A stretch of 64,000 bases of DNA from Octopus sinensis (GCF_006345805.1 NC_042997.1:31310001-31374000), one strand, 5' to 3'. Positions 11,172 through 26,555 are shown, numbered from the stretch's first letter. Translations and numbers: made by a program. The notes: a model not told the origin generated them from the sequence alone.

Positions 11172-11883
11172 CATATTACTCTTTTACCATGGTCCTACTG
11201 ATTTTCTCAACCTGAAGCGTTTCACATCACCACTCTGTCACAGCTATTGGCCCATTTGGTGTATAAGGGAGTTTGATTCGTCTGTACCTCATGTTGGGCT
11301 ACTGATTCATCCGGTATCGTGGAGAGAAGAATGTCTAGTTCCATTTTGAAGACACCTTATTTCCACCTTATGAAGATTTCTTGATATTTGTGTCAGGGCA
11401 TTGAAAAACAGTGGGTCTTTGAACCCTAGGCTATTGCAGTATCTGGCCCTGAATTTAGATGGAGTTCATGGTACCATTGGTACAATACAATGGCGGCCAG
11501 TTCTGTCATTTGTATAATACTCAATGCCGAAATAGGATAATAGTCCTTGCAGAGTTTTCCATATATAAATTATTACATAGATGTCGCACCTTCTCTCCAG
11601 AGAGTAAAATTGCAGTTCTTTCAGCTTATCCCTGTGGTTCATCCGTTGCTCTGTTTCAAGATTTTTAGTGTAGTAATATTAGACTGATTTATGCTCCGTT
11701 ATTGATTTGGCACGTGATGACCATAACTGGGAGCAGTAGTCCAGGCCGTTGAGAACAAACGTTCTTTCCACAGGGTCAACATAGTTTCTTGGTCTCTTGT
11801 CTTGAAGGATCTCAGTATCCATCCTGTCAGTTGTCTGCACTTTGCTGCCATCTTGGTAATGTGCATATAAAATGATGCATCAC
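11172..11883 (-). mobile_element. CR1-group LINE 3' fragment (RT C-terminus), decayed
   Basis: HITKMAAKCRQLTGWILRSFKTRDQETMLTLWK / LDYCSQLWS / LQFYSLERR..Y.IIYIWK motifs across frameshifts. Confidence 0.85.
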
Positions 11884-11929
<46 letters not shown>

Positions 11930-11931
<2 letters not shown>

Positions 11932-12300
11932 TTAGATTGTGTGGTAAGAAGATTGCATCACAACCACATGGTTCCAGGTTCAGTTCCACTGTGTGAAATC
12001 TTGAGCAAATGTCCTATGCTATAGCCTCATGCCGTCTAAAGCCTTGTGAGTGGAATTGATTGATGGAAACTGAAAGAAGCCTGTCGTATGTGTGTATGTG
12101 TGCGTCCCACCGCCGCTTGGAAACCGTTGCTGGTGTGTGTACGTCCCGTAAGCTAGCAGTTCGGCCAATGAGTCCGATAAAATAAATACCAGGCTTAAGA
12201 AAACGAAGAAAGAAACAGATTGCAGTCGATTCATAAACTAAAAATTCTTCAAAGCAGTGTCCGAGCATGGCCGCAGTCTAATGACTGAAACAAATAAAAG
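11930..12300 (+). mobile_element. SINE family B
   Basis: Head to tail recognisable. Confidence 0.8.
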
Positions 12301-12322
12301 GTAAAAATATATTACACATGCG

Positions 12323-12382
<60 letters not shown>

Positions 12383-12404
12383 CGTACACACACATACAAA
12401 TATA

Positions 12405-12452
<48 letters not shown>

Positions 12453-12461
12453 CTCTTTACT

Positions 12462-12760
12462 CTTTTACTTGTTTCAGTCATTTGACTGTGGCCATGCTGG
12501 AACACCGCCTTTTGTCGAGCAAATCGACCACAGGACTTATTCTTTGTAAGCCTAGTACTTATTCTATCGGTCTCTTTTGCCGAACCGCTAAGTTACGACG
12601 GGCTTCTTTCAGTTTCCGTCTACCAAATCCACTCACAAGGCTTTGGTCGGCCCGAGGCTATAGTAGAAGACACTTGCCCAAGATGCCACGCAGTGGGACT
12701 GAACCCGGAACCATGTGGTTCGCAAGCAAGCTACTTACCACACAGCCACTCCTACGCCTA
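12462..12760 (-). mobile_element. SINE family B with the central microsatellite segment deleted
   Basis: Junction GCTAAGT-TACG-ACGGGCTTC at 12594-12597. Confidence 0.85.
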
Positions 12761-13744
12761 TATATATACATACACACGCGCGCACGCATGCACACTCATA
12801 CACATAAAGGAAAAGAAGGTAGTCAGGATTTGGATAAAAACTGTTTAATTAGCGCGTTCGTCCCTTCCAGGTTAATTCTTATACAGTCGTGCGTTTACGC
12901 AGCATTGTGTACTCATGACCAAAATCTCGTATCTCATAAGCGAAGAATGGAATCTGAACGAATTCATTCGAACCAAATTCGAAGTTCGACGACAAATAGC
13001 TGCCATGTTTCCCTCGACTCATACCGTACTGTCTTTAGAACAGAAAAAAAAAAGGGCGCAAGGGTCAATGAATTAGCTAAATATACAAAAAGCCATGATG
13101 GTCATAATTAGAATGCCTTTGATTGTATATATATCTAAAGATTTCCTCTATCAGTCCTGACATGGAGCGCTAAAGAACAACAACAACAACAGCAGTAGCA
13201 GCAGCAGCAGGAACAACACCATCAGCAGCAAGAACAACAACAGTCCATCAACACAGCATCATCACAGGTCACAGTTATAAATCAGTACGCTTCAGAATGC
13301 TATTGCTACTCCATATTCATGAAAAAGTAGAAATGGAGAAATGAGTTGGCATTCTTAATGTGGGATATGAAAATATCAATTAATTACGATTGATACTAAT
13401 CTACAATAGATCGCTCTACTGGGCTTGGAAGCTATTGGTATTTGTTTAAAGTAGAGCTTTTTCTCTCTTAAACTGCTGAAGGTGGTGGTGATTGCGCGAA
13501 ATTTTGCGGTCTCTGTAATATGTCTGTATGTGTATGTGTATGTTCGCAAAAATATTCAGCGCCGATATTTGTAAGAATGAATGCAATACGTCTCCTATTT
13601 GCGAATTATTGTATTAATGTATGCGTAAATGACACATCACTGTATTATGGTATTTGTTTATCAAATAAACTATCTAGTCATCAATCAGGTTATCTAGTAC
13701 TTCCACTAACATATCGCGTATGTATGCACGTACGTATGCATGTA

Positions 13745-14028
13745 TGTTTGTATGTATGTATGTATGTATGTATGTATGTATGTATGTATGTATGTATGTA
13801 TGTATGTATGTATGTATGTGTGTATGTATGTATGTGTGTATGTATGTATGTATGTATGTATGTATGTATGTATGTATGTATGTATGTATGTATGTATGTG
13901 TGTATGTATGTAGGTAGGAAGGTAAGAACCTTCATACATATGTACGTGTGTAAGTAGGCATGTATCTGACTAGTTATGATCTTGCTTGACTATTTCTCTG
14001 TCTGTCTGTCTATCTGTCTGTTCGTCTG

Positions 14029-14113
<85 letters not shown>
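13745..14113. repeat. (TATG)n and (TCTA)n microsatellites
   Basis: Direct inspection. Confidence 0.95.
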
Positions 14114-14114
<1 letters not shown>

Positions 14115-14657
14115 CGTCTGTCTGTCTGTCTGTCTGTTTCTGTCTTGCTCTCTACTAGCTGTCGCAATTTTTTCCCCAAAATATTAGCTCAGTAATATTA
14201 GCACATTATTGAGCATTTGAAAGGCGTATCTGCGCTTTTCCTACTCAAATGTACACAATCGGAGAGAAAGTAATTTAAAAGAAATACTATAAGTCACTTA
14301 TAGCTGATAATATTTGGGCTTTAGTTATCTAGTTCTTGTCACGTGAATCCTTTGGCAAAGCATCAACAGCATTTGGTTCTATACATGCCCCTCATTGTAG
14401 AGGAGTCTTAACATCAATTTGGTGGTGGTCTGAAGGATTTGAGAGCTCAATTACGTCACCTCATGACGTATTGCCTGGCGAAGAAACTGGTTTGGCACTG
14501 TGAAGTTACATGTAATTTTGTGCGTTAAGCATAACTGCAAAATACTGGGTAATAGCAATTGACGGTGACAGAACACGGAAAGGAAATAGTCTTAATGTGT
14601 GCTAACGAGGATTGTATATCTCACAACTGTGTGTGCGCCAACTATGAACATCTACAG

Positions 14658-14877
14658 CAGTGCTTTTCAAACTTTTTGCTGGAGCGGAACCCCAAGGAAA
14701 CATTCCACTGGCTCGAGGAACCCCTGTGCAATAATTTAATAGTCTTATGCACACATATCTGCACAGGAGACTTAAAAATTACTGCCGATTTTAGCAGTTT
14801 TGTAACTTCTTGGCGGAACCCCTGGACTGTACTGGTGGAACCCTAAGGTTCCGCGGAACCCTGGTTGAAAACCACTG
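14658..14877. mobile_element. hAT (Charlie-like) MITE
   Basis: TIRs CAGTGCTTTTCAAAC / GTTGAAAACCACTG; perfect 8-bp TSD ATCTACAG (14650-14657, 14878-14885). Confidence 0.9.
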
Positions 14878-16014
14878 ATCTACAGCTAGGTCCTTCATTA
14901 CTTACTGAGAGTTTGTAAATTATAGCTCACATTTGTTAGAAACAGCATATACTGAAACGGCCTGCATTATACATCGCCAAGAAAACAGTGATAGGCTATT
15001 CTGGCCTTAAAGATACACCGTGTTAATGAATTTGAAATCATTCACCACTGATAACTCGGATAGACAATTTAGCTCTCGTTGGACTCTGCATAATCGCGAA
15101 GAGCTGCTTAGAGATAAATGAGGTGAAGTTTACATTATTCTGAGATACCAATTTCATTGCATATAATAGAGAAATGATAGCGCTTTTACTATTTAGAATA
15201 GTTGAAACCAATGTGAAACCAGCTTAAAGTGAAAAAAATATTTTAGTTGATGAGTAATTCTATTTTTCCGAGGCAAGTGACAGTTCAAATGAAAATAATA
15301 AATATAATTTTTCGTAAATTATTGTATTCTGTGCCAATGAATATGCCCTTCTGTGCGTTTACTTAACGACTCGATGGCTAAAACTTCGGAAACTATGATT
15401 CGCTAAAAATTCGAACACGAGTTTCCATAAGAATAATATGTCGAAAGTTGGCTTTTATTCTAGCAAATTAAAAAATAATAGAAAAGAAAAGAAGGAACGG
15501 TGGTTTACTAGGTTAAGCTGTATTTATTTTATTTCTAACTGATTCATGTTATAAGCATTGAATAGCAGTGTGATGTTCCGAAGTGTGAGTGTGGGTCTAG
15601 TTTCCAGACAAATAAAATATTAGCAGAAATCTTTGGATTAAAAAAAAAAAAAATTGGTGTTGCTAGCCAATCATCTCCTTCAGCAGATCTCATCGTATGT
15701 ATGTATGTATGTATGTATGTATGTATGTATGTATGTATGTATGTATGTATGTATGTATGTACGTATGTACGTATGTACATGTGTGCATGTGTGTATGTAT
15801 ATACGTATGTATGCGAGTGTGTGTGTTTGTGTGTGTATTGACTAAAATATTACTCCTCTTCTTTAAACAAGCTCACTCTTCTTCATCATCGTTGGATCTA
15901 GTAGAGTACTGATCACATTATTTGAAACTGAGATGCAGCGACAGGATTTTGTTATCATGTTGAGGACCATAACAGGATCCGAATCTGAACAATAATTTTT
16001 AATATAGGTTTCAA

Positions 16015-16605
16015 AATTTGGTACAAGGCCAGCAATTTTGTGGGGAACAGGTCAATGATTACATCGACCCCAGTGCTCAACTGATATTATGTTATCGACT
16101 CCGAAATGATGAAAGGCAAAGCTGACCTCGGCGGAATTTGAACTCAGAACGTAAAGACGGACGAAATACTGCTAAGCATTTTGCCAGGCGTGCTAACGCT
16201 TCTGCCAGCCCGCTGCTTTAATAAATTCTAATACTGACACAAAGCTACACCGTGGTTTAAACTGACCCCGTTAATTGATTCGTACTTAATTTATCGATTC
16301 TGTAGAGAAATTCACAAGACTATACTCTTTACCTTCCACTCACTTTGTTGGTATTTGATCGATGTTATTTCTACTTACTCTCTATGATCTTTACTTACTG
16401 CAGTAAGAACTGAACGAGTAAAAACTGTATGTATATATACTGGTTTTAAACTTTGACACAAGGCCAGCAATTTCGGGGAAGCGGGTAAATCAATTACATC
16501 GATTTATACTTATTTCAGCAAGCTGAAAGGCAAAGTCGACCCCGGCGGCATTTGAGCTCAGAAATGCCGTTAAGTATTTTCCTGGGTGCGGTAACGATTC
16601 TGTAA
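16015..16605 (-). mobile_element. Two SINE family A copies (about 16015-16216 and 16455-16605)
   Basis: Reverse-complement core and B-box GGAATTTGAACTC. Confidence 0.8.
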
Positions 16606-17904
16606 TCTCCTACTTTACGATATGTAAATATGTTGGTTCGTGAAACCATTCGCAGTACCGGTGAGATAACGAAACAGAGACCCATCAACGAAATCACTCA
16701 ATAATTCAATACTCAGTTGCAACACTCAGTACAGCAAAATAATCAAAAATTGAAAAAGAAAAAGAAAAAGAAAAAAGTGAAAAAGAAAGGAAACAGAAAA
16801 GAAGAAATGAAATTCTGAAGAGGAATCATGATGGTGGTGATGGTGGTAGAAATATTTACTTCCATAACTGTATTCCATAATTTTGCATCTGTTCTTTATA
16901 GCGTTTAAATTACAAACAGCGGAAAGAAAATCCTTGCCGACGTAGATAAATGTGTTTGTCCAGTTCTCAGTTGTATTTCAAGGATTCTAATTGTGTGTAG
17001 ACAGGGAATTTAAACAGATTTTCTACAATTACTTGTCGTGCGTTATTTCGTCTTATCTTGTTTTTCGATCAGTTTCGCTTGCCATTTCCATGCGGCCCGA
17101 AGTGAACTTTATAAGATATGAGACAGACTGGCCGGGGCCAGTTGATAGGAATGGAGTAAAGAACTGCATCGTTCGCTGATGACTGCAGTTGACAGTAAGC
17201 TACCTGCTTTGCTATTCAAAAACTGTAGCAAACGCACTGCATACACAGAGAGAACGACACATACATACATATACGCATAAAGCTATCTTCTTATCTTCAT
17301 CATCATCACTACCACCACCACCACCACAATCAACACCGTCGCTCCCGCCGTCGTCATCATCATCGGATCTGTCCGCTCAAGTAATGCTGCCGACCAATTA
17401 CGTGGCGTCAAAGAGAACGAGGGAAAGAGCGATGAGTTTCAGTTGTCACTGATGATAGCAGTTCACACTAAGCTGTTAGCATATTTGATAACATTTTCAA
17501 CCCTTTCGATTTTTATACCACTGTTTTTCACACTACAAACTAAATAAACCAAATCGACCGAAATTTACGAAAAGAAACATAGAAAACGTGCAACGATATA
17601 GTTCTAGTTAAGAAATGTAAGTTTATAAGAAGTATATATAAGAAGAAAAAAAAAAACAGAAAAAAAAAACAGAAACAAACAACAATAACAAAACTCGGAA
17701 AACGTACGGGCGGCCATGTTAAGTTTTTTTTCGCAACAACGTCGATCCCATTACACAGTACATAGTGTGTGTGTTTGTTTATGTGCGTGTGAGTGTGCGT
17801 GTGTGTGTGATGTGTTCTACTGTAACCTTGGGTGAACTAATACTTCTTACGTGGGTGTAAGGTTTCCAGATTAGACGTTGTAGACACACACACGCACACA
17901 CACA

Positions 17905-17935
<31 letters not shown>

Positions 17936-17957
17936 CTTTTATCTTTTACTTGATACA

Positions 17958-18003
<46 letters not shown>

Positions 18004-18021
18004 TTATCTATCTATCTATCT

Positions 18022-18300
18022 AAAATTAACCCTGGAGAAAATTAACCCTGGCGAAGTAAGTCCATGTAGTCCAACAGCATCTCCATCATGGGACACTGGA
18101 CCAACGGACCGGTTAAATTGCTCGGAGTCTGGTTCGGCCCGGACCTCCAAATGGAGAGAACTGGGCCGAGAGGAAGCTATCTCTAAAAGTTCGACCTGAG
18201 GTGGCAAATGCGTACATCGCATCCATCATCTACTACCGTCTGATTGTCGTGCCTTGTCCCGACCCTATCATCACGAAACTGGAACGTATACTCTTCTGCT
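18022..18300 (+). mobile_element. Tx1/L1-clade LINE ORF2 fragment directly after (ATCT)n
   Basis: GPVKLLGVWFGPDL..WAERKLSLK..EVANAYIASIIYYRL.VVPCPDP.ITKLERILF.FLWK; overlaps the 61011 copy. Confidence 0.85.
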
Positions 18301-18304
18301 TTTT

Positions 18305-19082
18305 GTGGAAAAGAAGCCTTCCGATGGTTAGGCAATCCATTTGCTGTCAACATTCACTAAACAGAGAGTGAATGTGTACTCTTCTTTGCAGTCACGTCTC
18401 ACGAATGAATAATTTTTGGCCCGAATAGTGACTGGTGACGAGAAATGTGTTCTCTATAAAAATGTCAAGCGCCGAAGACAGTTGGTAGGGAAAGGAGAAA
18501 CACTGGCACCCCAGGCTAAAGAAGGTCTTCCTCTATGTAAGGTGTTGTTATCTGTTTGGTGGGATATGTAAGGTTTAGTCCACTTTGAACTTTTAAACCC
18601 AAACCAAACGATAACAAAAGAGACGTACAGTGAGCAGCTTAAGCCAGCGCTAGTAAAAAAACTGCCATCTTTGGGTTCAAGACGAAAGGTGTTCTTACAT
18701 TAAAATAATGCTCGGCCACATACAACGATGATGAGATTCCAAAGGCTGGACCAGTTTGAATGGGAAACAATGCTCCCACCCACCATATTCGCGAGACATG
18801 GTCCCAATTGATTATTATTTATTCTGCAGTTTTTGAAATCATTTGGACGAAAAAAAATATGAATTCTGTAGGCAAGGTAATAATAGTACTGGAGGAGTAT
18901 TTTTCGTCATGGACAAGAGTATTTTGAGAAAGGAGCCCTGCAATTCTACCAGATAGATGGAAGCGCATTGTATAAAATGAAGGAGAGTATATGTTAGATT
19001 AAAAAAGAACTTTTTGAAATCTAAATGATTTTGAAAAATAAAAGAATAAAAAACCGCATTATTTATGGGATGACCCTATGTA
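18305..19082 (+). mobile_element. Mariner transposase 3' fragment with terminal TIR, decayed
   Basis: RIVTGDEKCVLY, KVLLSVWWD, H*NNARPH, PPYSRD, LPDRWKRIV; ends CGCATTATTTATGGGATGACCCTATG+TA. Confidence 0.9.
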
Positions 19083-19472
19083 AATGCATATACTTTCATC
19101 CACCCGTTTAATTCTATATTTCTCTCTCATTATCACCCTGCACGCATTATGCTGATATAATATATACGTATGACTGACATGATAGTGTTGCTAGTGAGTT
19201 TGCATCGTAATTAAGTAGTCTCGGGTTCGATTTCATGGCACGGTGTCTGCAGCAAGTTAATTTTACTATAGGCTCGGATTGACCAAGAACTTATAAATGG
19301 AATTTGATAGACATGGACTGTACTGAAGGCTGTCATACATACATACATACATACATACATATGTGTGTGTGTGTGTGTGTGTGTATGTGTGTGTGCGCGC
19401 GCGTATGTGTATGTGTTAAGGATTTTAGAATACGCATTAAAAATACCAACAAAAATAAGTAAATCTAGGTGA

Positions 19473-19525
<53 letters not shown>

Positions 19526-19554
19526 CATCATCATCATCATCATCATCATCATTA

Positions 19555-19750
19555 TTAAGCCGGTGTGCTGGTAAACTCTTTAATTCTCCGGAAAATCGCT
19601 TAGCGGCATTTCGTCTGTCTTTTTGCTCTGAGTTCACATTCCACCGAGATCGACTTTGCCTTTTATCCTGTCAGGGTCGATAAAACAAGTACAAAGTGAG
19701 CACTGGGATCGATGTAATTAACTTTTCTCTTTCGCCGAAAAATTTCTGAC
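19555..19750 (+). mobile_element. SINE family A, diverged
   Basis: Core and B-box recognisable. Confidence 0.75.
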
Positions 19751-19783
19751 CTTGTGCCACCACTGTTATTATTGTTGTTGTTG

Positions 19784-19819
<36 letters not shown>

Positions 19820-19914
19820 GTAGTAGTAGTAGTAGCAGCAGTAATAGTGGTAGTATTATTATTAATTCAGCTGACTTCCGATTCTCCTGACTCGAATTTC
19901 ATTTCACTCCACTA

Positions 19915-20320
19915 CTCTTTTACTCTTTTACTTATTTCAGTCATCTGACTGTGGCCATGCTGGAGCACCGCCTTTTGTCGAGCAAATCGACCCCAGAACT
20001 TATTCTTTGTAAGCCCAGTACTTATTCTATCGGTCTCTTTTCCCGAACTGCTAAGTTACGGGGACATAAACACACCAGGATCGGTTGGCAAGCGATGTTG
20101 GGGGTACAAACACAGACACACAAACAAGCACACACATACATATATATATATATATATACATATATACGACAGGTTTCTTTCAGTTTCCGTTTACCAAATC
20201 CACTCACAAGGCTTTGGTCGGCTCGAGGCCATAGTAGAAGACACTTGCCCAAAGTGCCACGCAGTGGGACTGAACCCGGAACCATGTGGTTGGTAAGCAA
20301 GCTACTTACCACACAGCCAC
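19915..20320 (-). mobile_element. SINE family B, full length
   Basis: High similarity to 5216-5610. Confidence 0.9.
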
Positions 20321-20990
20321 CAGGCGAACGACGATCACAATCACACGAAACTGGATTCACGAGTTAAAAAAAAAAATCTTTGAATATATAATATAATATA
20401 CACTCTGTATTGAGTACTATCATTTACGTTTGCTGAAAACTGCTCCATTTTGAATGAATGCACACATACGCCCACGGAAGCAGTCATGAAAATATTTCCT
20501 CTCATGTACACGCATGTTTGTTCGTCTTTGTGTGGTGTGTGTGTTTATGTATGAGATCCTATCTGTATGCAAGTCTTTTATTGTTCTTCTAGTTCTTGAT
20601 ATTTTCAGTGTTGCTGTTGTTGTTGTTGATTAATATTTAATAAAAACTTCTAGTGCTTGTTAATGTAATAGAATCTATCAGTTTATTTAATCACACTCTC
20701 CCAAACGTTCGAAGAACCGATTGTCCAGTGTTGGAAACATTTGGGCGGTCGCCACCCACATCCATCCAAGGTCTCTTAACGCCACAATTTTTCGATGATT
20801 TTTCGACAACAAAAGGGAACCAAACGTCAGCCAACACGTGCGAGATCCATTGACCATCCGATTCCATGTGCATTCCACTCATTTGCTTTTACGATTTTTC
20901 TAGAAATGTCTGACTCACTTCGATTTGATTGATGCTATCTGGAAAATAGGCGTATCCAATTAGAGAAAGAAATAGAGAAAGAAGATAAGC

Positions 20991-21024
<34 letters not shown>

Positions 21025-21716
21025 CAGAGAGAGACAGAGGGAAAAGAGAAAGAGCGGGGAAGAGGAAGGAAGAAGAAAATGGATTTTGACCAACTGTCAA
21101 TATCGTCAATTTCGAACTATCGTCTTTGAAATTAAATCCAAAGAAAGAACAATAGACCGAAAGCTAACAACCAAGCCACAGACTCCTAGGCCAACCGTCA
21201 CGCCAATACTTGATCAATTTCTCGGTATTACTTAAATCTATTCTATCTTGGCTGGTGTCAGTCGGTAGGATTAAACATTTCACTTATCGAAGCCAGCGCT
21301 TCGTTTTCACAACAATCGTCTCTCATTGTTTCTGAGTACGCGCCTTACGCAAGGCCAGTGGCACATACGTGTCTTTAATAACTATTATAGTCGTTACCGG
21401 AGATGGCCGATCATGAACCGAAGTCACGCCCGGCATCTGTCGGAACAAGGGACTTAACTAATTTTGTAGTCTTTCCACAGCATTTAGTTTTCCGATCAAG
21501 TGACCGATGGGCGTGGAGCTTTTGTTTCTAAACTAAAAACGGTGCAGCTGTCACGTCCGGTTTGGCTTCAAAACGTCCGCCAGTTTTTGCGGATCAAGGA
21601 ACAATTGATGTTTTCCGAGAATCTAATTGTTCCTTTAAAAGACAGAGGTGTTGTTTTGGATATATCGAGTGTGCATTTATAAACCGCATGGGTAAAAGGA
21701 TCCCTATTGCTTGTGT

Positions 21717-23150
<1,434 letters not shown>

Positions 23151-23319
23151 GATACATACATACATGTATACATACGTACATACAAATGAGGGGAAGACAA
23201 AGAAAATTCTTTAACACATCTTTAATGATTCGTCACATTGCTTGCTTTGTAACAACTCTATTTGCAACGATAGTTTACACCCTACCAGAGCTTTAGACCT
23301 TTGCTATATATATATATAT

Positions 23320-23512
23320 TGTGTACCGTTGGCGATTTTTTTCCTCTGTCTTCCCTTCTCTGGATCTTTCCTTCTCCTATGTTTCCGACGAAGAGCTCCG
23401 CTCGAAACGTTAGACCCTCCTTCTTTCCTTCTTTCCTGAGCGTCCAATAATACTATATTTGTTCCACGTCCTCTCGTTGTTGTGTTTTTTTGTGCTTTCT
23501 TGTTTGGATTAA
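23320..23512 (+). mobile_element. ~200-bp HHR-bearing element between (TA)n tracts (probable Penelope-like pLTR end)
   Basis: Second copy at 62525-62720 (-); both end GTTTGGATTAACT+(TA)n. Confidence 0.7.
23381..23415 (+). ncRNA. Minimal type I hammerhead motif (U4C core, GUU site)
   Basis: gttt-CCGACGA-a-gag ctccg ctc-GAAA-cg-TT-agac. Confidence 0.6.
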
Positions 23513-23538
23513 CTATATATATATATATACATATATAG

Positions 23539-23625
<87 letters not shown>

Positions 23626-24261
23626 ATATATATATATATATATATATATATTGAAATATGCCTGTATAAATGTACATATGTATATGTGTGTGCGGTTTAT
23701 ATGCATGTATATCTAACGCAAATAGCTGTGTGTGTGTCCAATCACACCTCGCGCGCACACGCACACTCACACACACTATCACACATGCATACACCCATAC
23801 ACACACACAAACAAACAAATACATGCGCACACATCTGCACCTTTCTTTCGATCATTAGGCTTTGGATACATGGAGCGTCACATTGAGCAGGATTAGAATA
23901 TTGGTCTCAGTACTACGCTGTAGGCCTGGTACTTGAACATGAATATTTGCTGAACCACTTGGTTACTTGATATAAATAAAGAACAGCTGTTTCGATTCAG
24001 TGCTAACAAAAACATGGAAACAGGCACATACAAATACGCACAAATCACACACATACACACATACACACCAACACAAGCATGTATAGGTATTTGTGTATCA
24101 AATATCACATATATACACTGTAGTGAGCCTGAAACTATGGATTTTCGTCTGAGAGAAAATCGTTTCGTAGACATGTAGTATTAATATATAACGGAGCGAG
24201 ACGAAAAAGCTTCCCGACAGTGGTCGGCGAGAATGCCAGATGCATTGTCGCCTTCTTGGGC

Positions 24262-24638
24262 CTTGTGGAAGCACTCCGTCGGTTATGACGACGAGGGTTC
24301 CGGTTGATCCGATCAACGGAACAGCCTGCTCGTGAAATTAACGTGTAAGGGGCTGAGCACTCCACAGACACGTGTACCCTTAACGTAGTTCTCGGGGATA
24401 TTCAGCGTGACACAGAGAGTGACAAGGCCGGTCCTTTGAAATACAGGTACAACAGAAACAGGAAGTAAGAGTGAGAGAAAGTTGTGGTGAAAGAGTACAG
24501 CAGGGATCACCACCATCCCTGCCGGAGCCTCGTGGAGCTTTAGGTGTTTTCGCTCAATAAACACTCACAACACCCGGTCTGGGAATCGAAACCGCGATCC
24601 TACGACCGCGAGTCCGCTGCCCTAACCACTGGGCCATT
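24262..24638 (-). mobile_element. tRNA-derived SINE family C
   Basis: Head TGGCCCAGTGGTTAGGGC...GGTTTCGATTCC; tail GAGAACTACGTTAAGGGTACACGTGTCTGTGG also seen at 45310-45410. Confidence 0.85.
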
Positions 24639-24981
24639 ACCGATAGCCACACAAGTAACTAGGCAGCTGACCAACGACAACACAAGGTCAAAATGTATCT
24701 GGCGTTTTTGTGAACCACTACTATGACGATCTTTCGTCTTGCTTCGATACATATTGTATTTTTTAAACACAATCTATGAAGGGATTTTATCTCTCGAAAA
24801 TCCACAGCATCATACCTCTCAACGGTGTAGGAATATTGTTAATTTTGAGTGTAAAATGGGTTTTATCCTGGGAAGGAGTATCACCGAGAATGTGTCAAAA
24901 TCTATATTTAGCAGAGACAGTTGAACTGGGGAAAGACTAATGTGTTTTTATCAGTGTCTAACCTGGTGAAGTGGGCATTCT

Positions 24982-25224
24982 TCAGTTCGACAACAGAAAC
25001 TTGTCGAGATTCATATATCCCGTAAATATTTCTGACACAGAGTTTAAAAGGTCAATACAGTTTTTCGATCTAATACGGATGAGTGCTCTTTCAGCTGTAC
25101 AAAATCTATACACTTTTGACCCGCTAACGTATGGCCTTGATCTCTCAACAACGCTCCACTTAATGATGAGCGGTATACTGTCATCCGTCAGGTTCCAGAT
25201 GTAGCTTGCGAGGTTTGTACTATT
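24982..25224 (-). mobile_element. Second Penelope-like element type, C-terminal end of the endonuclease region
   Basis: NSTNLASYIWNLTD...IKWSVVERSRPY..GSK...C.AER.LI....LLNSVSEIF......KFLLSN* resembles, from memory, the STxLSxYIWxLK...IxW...CxLCxxEK...LNxxSE tail of PLE endonucleases. Confidence 0.75.
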
Positions 25225-25325
25225 CTTTCAGTCTACATGCCTGAAAGAAGACTGATGGTTGAAGCAACTGTTTTTGAAGTCATTTTCGCGCACACACACA
25301 CAAACACACACACACACATACACAC

Positions 25326-25460
<135 letters not shown>

Positions 25461-25677
25461 TGTTATTCAGCGAAACAGAGTGATCACAGTTTCATGCAGA
25501 ATTGAGCTGATCATGTATGCCGGTCTCGCGACGATGTGTTTGTTTTACTGAAGCTGCAATCTGGATTGGGCATTTAAATTGGCCTACGTTTAATAATGTT
25601 CGTCATATTAGGGCCACAGCAGCTGATAACCCTTACGGAACGTTTATTTAAAATTTTCACACAGACACAGATACACA

Positions 25678-25744
<67 letters not shown>

Positions 25745-25964
25745 ATTAGATAAATAACAGGGAAATACCTATGTATCAGGGCAAGGAATTTTTACCAATA
25801 TTAGCTCTAATATTTAAGGAAGTAATACGAACCATTTAATTTGGCACATTGCGTTCTGAGTTCAAATTCCTACCAGCTGGAATAAAAGGAGGAAGTTATT
25901 GTCCACCAAAAACCTGGCCCGAATGGTCGTACTAGGCGACAAGAAAAAAAAATACGTTGAAAAT

Positions 25965-26555
25965 ATTAGTACAAGGCCAGCAAGTTCGAGAAAGGGAATT
26001 ACTCGATTACATCAACCCACTGCTCATCTTGTACTTGTTTTATCGAACCCGAAAGAATGAAAGGTAGTCAACTTCGGTGGAATTCGAACTCATAATGTAA
26101 AGACGGACGAAATACTGCTAAGAATCTTGCCCGTCGTGCTAACGATTCTTATTTCTTTATTGCCCACAAGGAGCTAAACATAGAGAGGACAAACAAGGGC
26201 AGACAAAGGGATTAAGTCGATTACATCGACCCCAGTGCGTAACTGGTACTTATTTAATCGACCCCGAAAAGATGAAAGGCAGAGTCGACCTCAGCGGAAT
26301 TTGAACTCCGAACGTAACGGCAGATGAAATACCTATTTCTTTACTACCCACAAGGGGATAAACACAGAGAGGACATACAAACGGATTAATTCGATTATAT
26401 CGACCCCAGTGCGTAACTGGTACTTAATTTATCAACTCCGAAAGGATGAAATGCAAAGTCGACCTCGGCGGAATTTGAACTCAGAACGTAACGGCAGACG
26501 AAATCCGGCTACGCACTTCGCCCGGCGTGCTAACGATTCTACCAGGTCGTCGCCT
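25965..26555 (-). mobile_element. Tandem array of three SINE family A copies
   Basis: Three head-to-tail units, same junction type as 1-780. Confidence 0.9.

Noticed and set aside
12404-13111. 235-aa ORF and the similar ORFs at 19951, 34074, 45727 and 5380
   Set aside because: Antisense read-through of SINE B copies (recurring RRHLPKMPRSGTEPGTMW), not a gene family.
24930-24990. CTGAAGA and CTGATAA just after the second PLE stop codon
   Set aside because: No GAAA or stem II/III could be assembled.
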